A stretch of 64,000 nucleotides of DNA. It comes from a virus. Lineage: Duplodnaviria > Caudoviricetes. Of the stretch, positions 46,001 to 53,967 are shown piece after piece (positions within the stretch are counted from its first letter, which is position 1; every line of letters begins with the position of its first letter). A program made the translations under genes and the position numbers. The notes under the pieces were generated by a model that was not told the DNA's origin, made no database searches, and worked only from the letters and a program-made list of their open reading frames with translations. The stretch spans positions 937-64,936 of IMG/VR virus record IMGVR_UViG_3300044630_000587; one strand, written 5' to 3'.

Positions 46001-47697
46001 GCAGTTGTGTAGACATTTCCAATAGTCCCCGAAGTGATGTTGGACGCATTAATATTGGTCAGACCAGCGCCTGAACCAGCTACGTTGGCAGTAATCGTGT
46101 TGGCTGAGAAATTACCGCCAGAGTCACGGGAAACAATAGTCGATGCACCGTTAGCAGAATCTGCTGTAGTACGGGCGTTAGCTATGGTTCCAGAGGAAAT
46201 GCTTGAAGCGTTAATACCTGTAATGGCAGAACCGTCTCCGCTAAACGAAGCGGAAATAATGTTTGCACCAAAGCTACCGTTGGCATCTCGTAGGACTAAA
46301 GTAGATGCGCTGTTGGCTGAATTACCTGTGGTAAATGCGTTATTGATCGTACCGCTGGTAATGTTTGAAGCATTGATATTGGTTACTGTTGCGCCATTAC
46401 CAGATATGTTTGTGAATGTGCCTGTAGTTGCCGATACGTTTGTGGCGTTTACATCGGTTGCAGTAATGACGTTTGCTGCAAAAGAGCCGTTAGAATCACG
46501 GGCTACGATGGTCGATGCGCCATTCGCTGAGTTAGCGGTTGTTCTGGCGTTAGCTAAAGTACCTACTGAAATACTAGAGGCATTGATCGATACGTTGGCA
46601 GCGTTAGTAATCTGGCCTTGAGCATTAACTGTGAACTGACCAACAGCCCCATCGTTGCCATATTGTGCTGCAGTAACCGCAGTATTAGCAATACTGAAAG
46701 TTAAGTTGGTAAGGTTAAGACCTGTACCAGCAGCGTAAATTTGAGAAGAACTAATCTGCGCAAACGTAATATTAGTTGTGCCAAAAGTAATTGTGCCTGT
46801 GGTATTGCAGATATAAGTCTCACCAGCACCAGTATTACCAGACTGGACAAAGAACGCATCACCTTGCCCCAGCTTATTAGGGCTGGCTAAACCAAAAGTA
46901 TCTGCATCGGTTGCACGGGTCAAAACCCATTTAGCACCGCCTGGATCTGGAGCACCAGGATTGGTGACGGTATATACACCGTTTTGAACGGCATTTGACT
47001 GGTTATAAATTAAAACACGAGCTGTATTAGAGACGGATACTCCATCAATAACAAGCGCTACGTTAGCAGCGTTATTGGTAAGTGTTGCACCCACACCGTT
47101 ACCAGCGCCATTAGGCTGCACATAAACAGCATTTAAGCTACCAGCCGTATTTGGAGACTCAACTAATACAGGTTCGTGATAGGAAATACCTGTTGAAAAA
47201 AGTCCGTCTACATACTCTTTATTTGTAATATCCGTGGCGTTTGCAGCGTTGGTAGTAATCGTTCCAGCCGTTAAAGTAACGGTATTGGCAACTAAGTTAG
47301 TTGTGTTAATATTGGTAAACGTTACGGTGTTTGTGCCATTACCACCAATTTCAACCTTGCCTGTGGCCTGATTAAGATAGATTGCTTCTTCTGCTGGCTG
47401 GGTAATAAATACTTGCAGATCAGGGGAGGCGCTAAAAGCAACCAAAGACCCCGAATTAGACGAAGAAAGAACCGTGTCTCTAGCTAATTGATCTGGGCTA
47501 GTGAACGTGCCAACACCTACTTCCCATTCTGTTTCATACCCAATAGCGGTATTTTGAATGGTGTAGTAAACAGTAGAACCAGAAGTAATAGCAGATGCAA
47601 ACGTCTGATAGCCAACAACAGCGCCATCAAGTGTAAGCGTTCCCGTACCAGCGGTAGCGCTGGTCTCTTTAACCCTATCTTTTAGGACCAGAGCCAT
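43084..47697 (-). CDS. long tail fibre with internal repeats and a C-terminal glycine-rich domain
   Basis: MALVLKDRVKET anchor; about 11 repeats of INASNITSGTI.NARTT.NS.NGASTIV.RD..G.F. Confidence 0.85.
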   Translation of the reverse strand: MALVLKDRVKETSATAGTGTLTLDGAVVGYQTFASAITSGSTVYYTIQNTAIGYETEWEVGVGTFTSPDQLARDTVLSSSNSGSLVAFSASPDLQVFITQPAEEAIYLNQATGKVEIGGNGTNTVTFTNINTTNLVANTVTLTAGTITTNAANATDITNKEYVDGLFSTGISYHEPVLVESPNTAGSLNAVYVQPNGAGNGVGATLTNNAANVALVIDGVSVSNTARVLIYNQSNAVQNGVYTVTNPGAPDPGGAKWVLTRATDADTFGLASPNKLGQGDAFFVQSGNTGAGETYICNTTGTITFGTTNITFAQISSSQIYAAGTGLNLTNLTFSIANTAVTAAQYGNDGAVGQFTVNAQGQITNAANVSINASSISVGTLANARTTANSANGASTIVARDSNGSFAANVITATDVNATNVSATTGTFTNISGNGATVTNINASNITSGTINNAFTTGNSANSASTLVLRDANGSFGANIISASFSGDGSAITGINASSISSGTIANARTTADSANGASTIVSRDSGGNFSANTITANVAGSGAGLTNINASNITSGTIGNVYTTANSSNGASTIVLRDAGGAFAAGSITGTLFTGNGSAITNINASAITTGTLDNARTNATSANGSSTLVVRDADGSFAGNVITGTTGTFTSVSGNGAALTGINASNIASGTIANARTTGTAAATADTLVLRDGNGSFSANVITANSISGNASLATNINASNITSGTINNAFTTGNSANSASTLVLRGASGEFAAGAITGSFFIGDGSNLSAINGSNVTTGTVANARTTANSANGASTIVARDSNGSFAGNVITGTTGTFTNISGNGIALTDINASNISSGTIDNARTTANSSNGASTIVLRDSNGSFAGNVMSANFFSGDGSNLSAINASSITTGTLGTSRLSGQYTSVTGVGNLVAGTWSANVISAQYGGTGSANLTADNVILGNGANTVKVVAPGTSGNVLTSDGTTWVSQAASGGGAGTITRTDFTATGGQTVFTVSYPVGLIDVYRNGVKLATTDFTATNGTSFTLATAANAGDIVQAEVFNSLNIYETITADTFSGNGVQTTFIMSVAPANPASTLVAISGVVQNPSNYTVSSTSLTFLTAPPSGTNNISARYLGVPAAVPSGSGGQFYGNAAVKAIAYNSNSIAENITTTAGQNGYSAGPVTVEAGYTVNVVNGSSWTVFDETWGTVTSVGLSAPGFLTVSGSPVTTSGTLALSYSGTALPVANGGTGATSLTANAVVIGNGANAVQVVAPGSNGNVLTSNGSTWTSAALNVIPGYYAEYLVIGGGGGGGAFYYSGAGGAGGYIADSMIAVPSQTYAVIIGAGGAGGIAGDYYSGSNGANSRLAGIIGIGGGGGGAYNQFPYAAGKTGGSGGGASGYLASYSASTWQGFAVQGNVGGIGGTYGGGGGGGASTAGSNGGSSDGGAGGAGLAWLNSTTYAGGGGGGAYTGTGGTGGSGGGGAGSNSGGSPTAGTANTGGGGGGASASAGAAGGSGVVIIRYLGSTRGSGGTITSSGGYTYHTFTSSGTFTA

Positions 47698-47707
47698 TTA
47701 CAGCTCC

Positions 47708-48139
47708 TTAACTAGCGGTCAGGCGAATAATTGCGTTTGTTGCGTCAGCAGTTGGGAAGTTAACAGCAAAGGTACCGTTGGTCGATGTCTTATCGCCACC
47801 AAAAGCTAATACAGCAACAGCTGCGTTAGATAAGTTAGCGTTATAAATCAAAGCGCCGTTAGCAGTAATTGTTGCATTCGCCCAAGATGTATTTGAGAAC
47901 GAGATATAAGCTACGTTGCCAGAGTTGGTTGGGGTTACGCTAACCGTCAAAGTATTACCACCAGCAGAATAGTTGCCAGTAGAAGGCACTTCGTTTGTTG
48001 CCGAGTACACAGTTGTATTCTCGCCTAAAGTAGCTGAGCTGGTGTATAGCGCTAATTTAAATACGTTTGCGGAAAAGTTTTGCTGACCATTCAAGAGTTG
48101 AACCTTGAACGATGTAGCCATTGCTTGGGTAATTGCCAT
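47708..48139 (-). CDS. structural protein
   Basis: MAITQAM..SFK..LL...FKLALYTSSA.L...VLAFGGDKTST.G.F. Confidence 0.7.
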   Translation of the reverse strand: MAITQAMATSFKVQLLNGQQNFSANVFKLALYTSSATLGENTTVYSATNEVPSTGNYSAGGNTLTVSVTPTNSGNVAYISFSNTSWANATITANGALIYNANLSNAAVAVLAFGGDKTSTNGTFAVNFPTADATNAIIRLTAS

Positions 48140-48156
48140 TTTTTGCTCCTAAAAAA

Positions 48157-48822
48157 TTATCTAACAGGTCCAGGTACAGGCAGTCTAAGTTGCCCATCAC
48201 GGTATGCACTTCTTCTATCCTTACCATCACCCAAGTCTTTGAGTAAAGCTAATGCCTCATTGTATCGGTTCTGGTAATTAGTAACAACATCTGCGTCTGA
48301 CTTCATAAATGCAGCCGCCTCTAAAAGAGAACCATACAGTAAAACAGACTCAAAGTTATATCCTAACCAGCTACTACCCGCATCCACAATAGAGGTTGGG
48401 TAATAGTAGTAGTGCAACTCAACGTTATAATCTTGATCTGGGGTAGGTCCAATAATGTAGGTATAGGGCAAAAACTGACCATAATAACGAGGTACACCAA
48501 TATCGCTAGGACTTGGGTAAGACCCACGAATAAAGTTTACGTCTTTATCAATCAAAAACTCTTGAGTCCCGTCAGCCAGAATAACCGCCATAGAGAACGA
48601 AGCAAGGTAATCCGTTGGCAGCGTTAAGTACTTATCACCAGCGGTGAAGTTACCAATTTGATTTCTGCGAATAGCAGGAATCTGAACAGCGTTATAAATA
48701 CGCTCTTCGCACTGCTGAATAAACGTATTAATCTGATCCGTGGAAGTAAAGTTTCCAGCAGTATCGGGGAAATCGTTTTCGCAATATCCTTTAATTGCAG
48801 CTACTAATTCGGTATAAGTCAT
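48157..48822 (-). CDS. head-tail adaptor / tail tubular A-like protein
   Basis: MTYTELV.AI, LPTDYL, PRYY, PTPD..Y.VELHY, LLYGSLLEA. Confidence 0.7.
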   Translation of the reverse strand: MTYTELVAAIKGYCENDFPDTAGNFTSTDQINTFIQQCEERIYNAVQIPAIRRNQIGNFTAGDKYLTLPTDYLASFSMAVILADGTQEFLIDKDVNFIRGSYPSPSDIGVPRYYGQFLPYTYIIGPTPDQDYNVELHYYYYPTSIVDAGSSWLGYNFESVLLYGSLLEAAAFMKSDADVVTNYQNRYNEALALLKDLGDGKDRRSAYRDGQLRLPVPGPVR

Positions 48823-48834
48823 TAGGGTTTACCC

Positions 48835-49098
48835 TTAAGCCATCGGTCCACGTGAAGTAAAGCCTTTTGTAGCTGCGCCTGATCCACGTTGTTTTATTGC
48901 GCCGTTCTTATTGATTGGTTGATCGTTTTTCTTGGTATAGCCGCCAACAGACATGTTTACGCTGTCTACGCCATTGCCTGGCTTAGTAACAGCAGCCTTT
49001 GCTGTAGTTACTTTCTTGCCTGACATGGTGTGTGGCTCTGCATAAACCTTAGCGTCACCAACTTCTTTACCGTTCTTTTTCATAGAATATTTAGCCAT
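48835..49098 (-). CDS. small basic protein
   Basis: Lys-rich, ends RGSGAATKGFTSRGPMA. Confidence 0.7.
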   Translation of the reverse strand: MAKYSMKKNGKEVGDAKVYAEPHTMSGKKVTTAKAAVTKPGNGVDSVNMSVGGYTKKNDQPINKNGAIKQRGSGAATKGFTSRGPMA

Positions 49099-49289
49099 TA
49101 TCGACCTCTGCCTGCTTTTTGATTCTTAATCTTAGCCATACCACGACCCATTGTTTTAAGGTCCATGTTCTTAACACCAGCAGTTTTCTTGCCGCCGCCA
49201 AGACCCATTACTTTAGGACCTGAATCGCCAAGGTTTTTACCCTCAGTTTTACCCTTTTTGGTAATGCCGTCTGCGCCTGATTTGTACAT
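49098..49289 (-). CDS. small basic protein
   Basis: ADGITKKGKT; GGAG SD; TAATG coupling. Confidence 0.65.
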   Translation of the reverse strand: MYKSGADGITKKGKTEGKNLGDSGPKVMGLGGGKKTAGVKNMDLKTMGRGMAKIKNQKAGRGR

Positions 49290-49299
49290 GTTCTGCTCC

Positions 49300-49725
49300 T
49301 TAATTTATCGTTACCGTTACTGTACCAACTACTACCGATTGTGCCAAGTCATTTGGCGTTAATCCATCATCATTACCCCTAGCACCACCCACAGGGTTCC
49401 ATCCCCATTGAATGATTCTACTACCCTGTTCTGCGTAACCAAAGCCGTCTGGACCCTCTCCTGAGAGATTAATCTGCAATCCAGTCTGCCCAGAGACTTC
49501 ATAACTTACGTCAGGTCTTGGGTCACGCACTGCCTGGGGGTCATTTACTGGGTACATCCCCAACTGCAACTGCGGCTGATCTGGTTCCCAACACTCTTGA
49601 CATACCTTAATACTGACCTGCTTTGTCTTAATAGTTAGCTTCCTAAGCTCTTTTAGCTTATATCGCTGACCACATCGGTCACATTCGGCAATCGCATACT
49701 TACCAGAAGAAAACTGACTGGGCAT
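49300..49725 (-). CDS. zinc-binding head-completion-module protein
   Basis: CDRCGQRY...VCQECWEPDQPQL...DPQAVRDPRPD. Confidence 0.75.
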   Translation of the reverse strand: MPSQFSSGKYAIAECDRCGQRYKLKELRKLTIKTKQVSIKVCQECWEPDQPQLQLGMYPVNDPQAVRDPRPDVSYEVSGQTGLQINLSGEGPDGFGYAEQGSRIIQWGWNPVGGARGNDDGLTPNDLAQSVVVGTVTVTIN

Positions 49726-49727
49726 GG

Positions 49728-50663
49728 TTATCTATAAAACATATTACGGGGGACAAAACGAACTGCCGCTGTCTCCCTATCTTCATCGGCTGCTAATTGG
49801 AACTGCTGCTCATATTCTGCCTTAAGCATCTGCATGCGACCAGGATCAACACCAGGAATCTTTGCGCCAAGGTAGTACGCCAAACCTGCCACCATACATG
49901 GGATAAAGCGGAATGGGATGTCCTGTGTACGAATACCGTTACCTGCATCCTGAATACGGCGCATACGGTAATACACTAATGTGTACTGGTCGCCAGGTGG
50001 ATTTGGGGTAGGCCAGACATTAACACATGGTAAGTTGTTTACAAAAACATCTGTGCCCGCAGGTACAAATGAATTTGCTGCAGTACCATTTTGTCCACGC
50101 CAAGCATTAACTATTTGATTCCCAACAATATTTTGGTATCCAATAGTTTCACCAAGAATATTAATAAAGCCTTGAGTGGGTAAATTACTTATGTTTTGTA
50201 AATCAATAGTTGTTTGAGTTGCAGAGGTAATATCTACAGTTAAATTTGATTGCGGTACGCTTGCAACACCGCCACTTTGACGGTTGTACCACATCTGAAC
50301 AGGGCGCCCAGTGGTGTTTTTATTAGGGATCGTCATGTATGTAGGTTCGCTAATACGGGTCAAATTAATGTCTGTCTGATTAGCCTGACTGCCGTTACTA
50401 GTACGGGTACTTGCGTCCAAAATGTCGATGGTATCTATAGGCATCGCATATAGAGCCTGCTGGGTGTTAAGCACAATCTGACCCTGCTCAACCGTCCACA
50501 GATTAATACCACGGTTAGCCCACTCAATCGTCAGAATGTTTAAAGACCGCCGTGCGGTACGGAAGTCATAACCTGATCGAACTTCTAAACCACAACGTTC
50601 AAACGCCTCCTCAATGAGGTCGTTCATGTCTAGGTTAAAAGCGGTAGATCCTGTAGTGGTCAT
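49728..50663 (-). CDS. head-tail connector / tail tubular A-like protein
   Basis: IEEAFERCG...ARRSLN...WANRGINLW...GRP...VWPTP...GLAYYL. Confidence 0.75.
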   Translation of the reverse strand: MTTTGSTAFNLDMNDLIEEAFERCGLEVRSGYDFRTARRSLNILTIEWANRGINLWTVEQGQIVLNTQQALYAMPIDTIDILDASTRTSNGSQANQTDINLTRISEPTYMTIPNKNTTGRPVQMWYNRQSGGVASVPQSNLTVDITSATQTTIDLQNISNLPTQGFINILGETIGYQNIVGNQIVNAWRGQNGTAANSFVPAGTDVFVNNLPCVNVWPTPNPPGDQYTLVYYRMRRIQDAGNGIRTQDIPFRFIPCMVAGLAYYLGAKIPGVDPGRMQMLKAEYEQQFQLAADEDRETAAVRFVPRNMFYR

Positions 50664-50941
50664 GCTACTTTACCTTTCGGAACGGTTTTACTTTTGCTTT
50701 TACTTTTGCTGGCTGGGGCACGAACTGCTTTCCCTGTGCCTTTCCCGCTCGCTTTGCTCGTGTTGTTGCTGCGTACTCCTGCGGGCTTAGCGACTGGATT
50801 GCTTTTTTTGGCAGGTACCGCTCGCCTGTTTCGGACGACTTTTTCCCCGACTTGGTTGTCCAGTCCTGCTTGCCCCACGCTTTGAGGCTCCGTTGGGATT
50901 TGGCTAGTGCCATTGATTAGTCTCCAGAACCATTTAAACAT
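50660..50941 (-). CDS. possible overprinted basic protein in an alternative frame
   Basis: Start overlaps the upstream stop (TAATG) and stop overlaps the downstream start (ATGA). Confidence 0.35.
   Translation of the reverse strand: MFKWFWRLINGTSQIPTEPQSVGQAGLDNQVGEKVVRNRRAVPAKKSNPVAKPAGVRSNNTSKASGKGTGKAVRAPASKSKSKSKTVPKGKVA
50665..50913 (-). CDS. small basic protein, C-terminal half of a DUF5872-like protein
   Basis: SQRSLKAW..QDW.TKSG...ERYLPKKA...LS..EYAAT; GGAG SD. Confidence 0.7.
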   Translation of the reverse strand: MALAKSQRSLKAWGKQDWTTKSGKKSSETGERYLPKKAIQSLSPQEYAATTRAKRAGKAQGKQFVPQPAKVKAKVKPFRKVK

Positions 50942-51213
50942 TATTTATACCCGCCGCCAGCTGCCTTGTATTTCTTGGCAACAAGTTGTGCTTTACGTGC
51001 TGACCACTGACCTGCGCCAGTACCATGCGTTGCAGCAGACTTAACTTGTGAAACAATCTTTTTACGAAGGCTAGGCTTAGTGTAGTTACCCGCAGCATTG
51101 ACCTTACCACCCTCTTTATATTGGGTAAAATCGGTATCGTCCCTACGGGCTTTCTTAACTCCCTTACCCATCTTAGAGGGCATTATGGCGCCCATACCTC
51201 TACTTGGTCTCAT
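50941..51213 (-). CDS. small basic protein containing the N-terminal half of a DUF5872-like protein
   Basis: NYTKPSLRKKI...GQWSARKAQLVAKKYK.AGGGY. Confidence 0.7.
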   Translation of the reverse strand: MRPSRGMGAIMPSKMGKGVKKARRDDTDFTQYKEGGKVNAAGNYTKPSLRKKIVSQVKSAATHGTGAGQWSARKAQLVAKKYKAAGGGYK

Positions 51214-51461
51214 ACCATGCGTCCTTTGGTTTTACCACGAATAGCACAGCCATCAGCCCGTTTAGACGCAGAAGACTTAATCATCCCGCCTTTGGCTCTC
51301 ATTTCGGGTTTAACTACAACGTCACTACCTAAAGCGGTTTGTAGTTCTTTAGCGTCCATCTCAGCTTGCGTTGGCTTCTTCTCAGCAGGTTTAGCATTAA
51401 ACGCTTTACTAACAGACGCTCTATGTATTGCTGCGGTGTTTTCGTTAATTTTCTTGTCCAT
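51210..51461 (-). CDS. small protein with SASKRADGCAIRGKT tag
   Basis: Start at 51461 (MDKKINEN); shared C-terminal motif. Confidence 0.7.
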   Translation of the reverse strand: MDKKINENTAAIHRASVSKAFNAKPAEKKPTQAEMDAKELQTALGSDVVVKPEMRAKGGMIKSSASKRADGCAIRGKTKGRMV

Positions 51462-51462
51462 A

Positions 51463-51852
51463 TTAAGCCCTCGTTTTCCCACGAATTGCACAGCCATCGG
51501 CCCGTTTAGAGGCGCTAGATACCTTGCCACCAGCTTTGTAGTTCTTAGTAATATCACGGTTTGACTTCGGCATCCCACCTCCACCACTGCCGCCTTTAGA
51601 CCGCTCAAAAATCTCTTTGATCCTATCCATCTCAGTTTGCTGTATCAACTTACTTCTTTGTTGGCGTTTGTCTTCAAACTCTTTGTTCTCAGCAGCTTTA
51701 GCCTTGGGGTCTTTTTCTGGTGGGTTGTATTTCTCGTGTATTTCCTTATACCCTGGGTCTGCAGGTCTTTTTCTCTGCAATTGCTCAGGGGTAGACCCAA
51801 GCCCTAAATCTAACTGGGCTGTAGGACTAATAGGATTTACACGTTTATCCAT
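51463..51852 (-). CDS. small protein with SASKRADGCAIRGKT tag
   Basis: Ends YKAGGKVSSASKRADGCAIRGKTRA. Confidence 0.75.
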   Translation of the reverse strand: MDKRVNPISPTAQLDLGLGSTPEQLQRKRPADPGYKEIHEKYNPPEKDPKAKAAENKEFEDKRQQRSKLIQQTEMDRIKEIFERSKGGSGGGGMPKSNRDITKNYKAGGKVSSASKRADGCAIRGKTRA

Positions 51853-52130
51853 TACGCTCTAGTCTTCCCACGAATGGCGCAGCCATCAGCACGTTTGGAA
51901 GCAGAAGATACCTTACCGCCTTTAGCCTTTTTCTCTACTGGGCGGCTTAGCAAATCTGAACCAAACTTCATTAGGCTTTCCATTCTGCTTTTAGCCTTAG
52001 CATCTTTGCTAGTCATTTCTTCTTGACGCTTTTTGAGGTCGGCTTCGTAGTTAGCATAACCCTTCTGAGTCTCTGTGGTTACAGGATCAGATACGGTACC
52101 GTCGTCATTTTGTTGAGCTTTAGTAGCCAT
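51852..52130 (-). CDS. small protein with SASKRADGCAIRGKT tag
   Basis: Ends KAKGGKVSSASKRADGCAIRGKTRA. Confidence 0.75.
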   Translation of the reverse strand: MATKAQQNDDGTVSDPVTTETQKGYANYEADLKKRQEEMTSKDAKAKSRMESLMKFGSDLLSRPVEKKAKGGKVSSASKRADGCAIRGKTRA

Positions 52131-52132
52131 GA

Positions 52133-52555
52133 TTAGCAGCTTCCGCCTTTTTTCATCTTAATCATTGTGCCTTTGGTTTTGCCACGAACTTCACAGCCAC
52201 CACCTTTAGCCATGCCGCCAGCCTTCATACCGTGTAGTTTCTTCTCGTGACCTTTAACAGCTTTGGCAGCCACTTTCTTCATCATTGGCATGTCTTTTTT
52301 AGCGTCTGAATGAGCAGCGCCGCCCTCTTTCATAAAACCCATTTTATTGCGCACAGCTTTAGGTAACTTAGCCATACCTGGATTTTTCTTCATATCTGTT
52401 GGTTTCATGGTTCCACCTTCTTTAAATTTTTTGCCTTTGTCGGCAGTTAAAAATTCCTTCCCTACGGAGGAAGGCACACCTGCTTTTTTGGCAAACTTAG
52501 GGTTATTAGCCACAGCCGCCATGAAATTGTGTTGCTTTTTAGATGTACTTGGCAT
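52133..52555 (-). CDS. small Lys/Met-rich protein with several xKxGG motifs
   Basis: MPSTSKKQHNFMAAVA..P.FAKK; GCEVRGKTKG. Confidence 0.75.
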   Translation of the reverse strand: MPSTSKKQHNFMAAVANNPKFAKKAGVPSSVGKEFLTADKGKKFKEGGTMKPTDMKKNPGMAKLPKAVRNKMGFMKEGGAAHSDAKKDMPMMKKVAAKAVKGHEKKLHGMKAGGMAKGGGCEVRGKTKGTMIKMKKGGSC

Positions 52556-52788
52556 TACTTACCCCAATGACCTGCTACAAAGCCAGCTACACCAGTAATA
52601 GCGCTAACTGCACCGCCTGCCCACATTAATACTTTCCAGCCACCACGAGCTTCAGACAGGGTCTTATTAATTTCATGTAAAGACTTTTTAATCTCTTCCA
52701 TATCACTAATAAGTTTATCCATGTCATCTTGCAGATGCTTAATGTCGCTTGCATGCGTAGCTAATTCTCTAACCACTTCTTCGCTCAT
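52555..52788 (-). CDS. coiled-coil protein with a C-terminal TM helix
   Basis: Heptad pattern, then GGWKVLMWAGGAVSAITGVAGFV. Confidence 0.7.
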   Translation of the reverse strand: MSEEVVRELATHASDIKHLQDDMDKLISDMEEIKKSLHEINKTLSEARGGWKVLMWAGGAVSAITGVAGFVAGHWGK

Positions 52789-53046
52789 TTAGCACTTCCA
52801 TCTCTTTAAAGAGGCTGCCTTACGAGTAGGCTTACCGTTTTCGTCTTTCATTGGTCCAGGCATCCCAGACATACGGGCACAGAACGATTTCTTCCGAGCA
52901 CCGCCTTGTGGCTGCGGAGCCTTTAGATTCGAGCCAGTAGCTGCATTATATTTAGCACGGCCTTTGGCGGTAAGCCCAGCGCCCTTAGATACAGGCAACT
53001 TTTCACCACGACCAATCGCAAGAGAGGGACCTTTTTTCTTAGCCAT
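52789..53046 (-). CDS. conserved small basic phage protein
   Basis: GAGLTAKGRAKYN...RKKSFCARM...SLKRWKC. Confidence 0.75.
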   Translation of the reverse strand: MAKKKGPSLAIGRGEKLPVSKGAGLTAKGRAKYNAATGSNLKAPQPQGGARKKSFCARMSGMPGPMKDENGKPTRKAASLKRWKC

Positions 53047-53329
53047 AGAACACTGTAATAGAAGCGTTAGCTGGTAAGTCTAAATACAAACCATTAGTAA
53101 AACGAATACCCTCACCAGGTATTAGTGTAGAAATAACAGCAGTATTTGTAGTGATGTTTAATTTTAAACGCTCAGTTCCTGTAGCAGAATTAGCCGCAGT
53201 GTCGTAAAACTTAATTTCACCAGCAGTTCCACCAGGGGCTAATTGATACGCTTTAACCCTAAGCGGCCCTGTAACAGCTTGAACGTCTCCGTCTGCATGA
53301 ACTGCTAGTACGTCATATTGCATACCCAT
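53039..53329 (-). CDS. small structural protein
   Basis: MQYDV...IPGEGIRF..GLY...TVFYG. Confidence 0.7.
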   Translation of the reverse strand: MGMQYDVLAVHADGDVQAVTGPLRVKAYQLAPGGTAGEIKFYDTAANSATGTERLKLNITTNTAVISTLIPGEGIRFTNGLYLDLPANASITVFYG

Positions 53330-53354
53330 AATTAATCTCCAATAAGGTTAAACA

Positions 53355-53370
53355 GGGGGGCGAACCCCCC
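53355..53370 (-). terminator. GC hairpin with UUCG loop (weak terminator or stabiliser)
   Basis: GGGGGG-TTCG-CCCCCC-TGTTT on the - strand. Confidence 0.5.
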
Positions 53371-53377
53371 AGATTAA

Positions 53378-53878
53378 TTAGGCGCTTTCTTGCCCAGCGT
53401 CAGCTACGTGATAAATGATTCTTCCAGATATCACACCAGCAATTGCGTTTGCTGCACCTTGAGTGCTAGTAACAACAACTAAGTTAGTAGCGTTAGCTAC
53501 GTTGCCCAAAGAAGCGCCACCGCCTGTACCACCAACAGTAAATACTGTACGAGCAGATACGTTACCAGCAGAAACAAAACCAGTAGGAACGTTTGTGCCC
53601 AAGGTAGTATTTTGACCAGGACCTACGCTAATTAGTGGGGTAAACCCTACGTTAGCTGTAGCATTACCACCGCCACCACTAGAAACAATAACTTCAGTTA
53701 CAACTGCGCCAGCTGGGAGAACTAAAGAGTTTCCACCAACAACGTTAAGAACGTTTGCGGTTGCTGCACTGTTAGCGATATAGAAAGGGACTGCCATAAC
53801 CATGGAGCCTGCTTCTGCAGTACGTGTCTGATCTCCACCCGTGGAGCGCCATACCGAGGAGGTAGTTGATGTTGCCAT
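53378..53878 (-). CDS. structural (capsid-associated) protein
   Basis: Beta-rich, LPAGAVV motif; first gene after the capsid-downstream RNA. Confidence 0.65.
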   Translation of the reverse strand: MATSTTSSVWRSTGGDQTRTAEAGSMVMAVPFYIANSAATANVLNVVGGNSLVLPAGAVVTEVIVSSGGGGNATANVGFTPLISVGPGQNTTLGTNVPTGFVSAGNVSARTVFTVGGTGGGASLGNVANATNLVVVTSTQGAANAIAGVISGRIIYHVADAGQESA

Positions 53879-53889
53879 AATAAATTGTC

Positions 53890-53960
53890 CTTCTTACAAA
53901 GTTCGGCTTATCAATCATGTAAGTGTCTGCTGGGGCAGTTTGATAAGCGATTTACCCAGT
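53890..53960 (-). ncRNA. double-pseudoknot RNA, probably Mu-gpT-DE-like
   Basis: Three crossing helices (53955-59/53930-34, 53940-48/53906-14, 53918-23/53893-98) downstream of a Mu gpT-like capsid gene. Confidence 0.6.
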
Positions 53961-53967
53961 TCGTATC

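Noticed and set aside
44996-46621. Long + strand ORFs (338 and 195 aa) and many similar antisense ORFs
   Set aside because: They are in-register shadows of repetitive - strand genes, with no SD and no independent motifs.
51210-52130. Repeated gene ends as a diversity-generating retroelement TR/VR pair
   Set aside because: Differences are synonymous rather than adenine-specific, and no reverse transcriptase is present.
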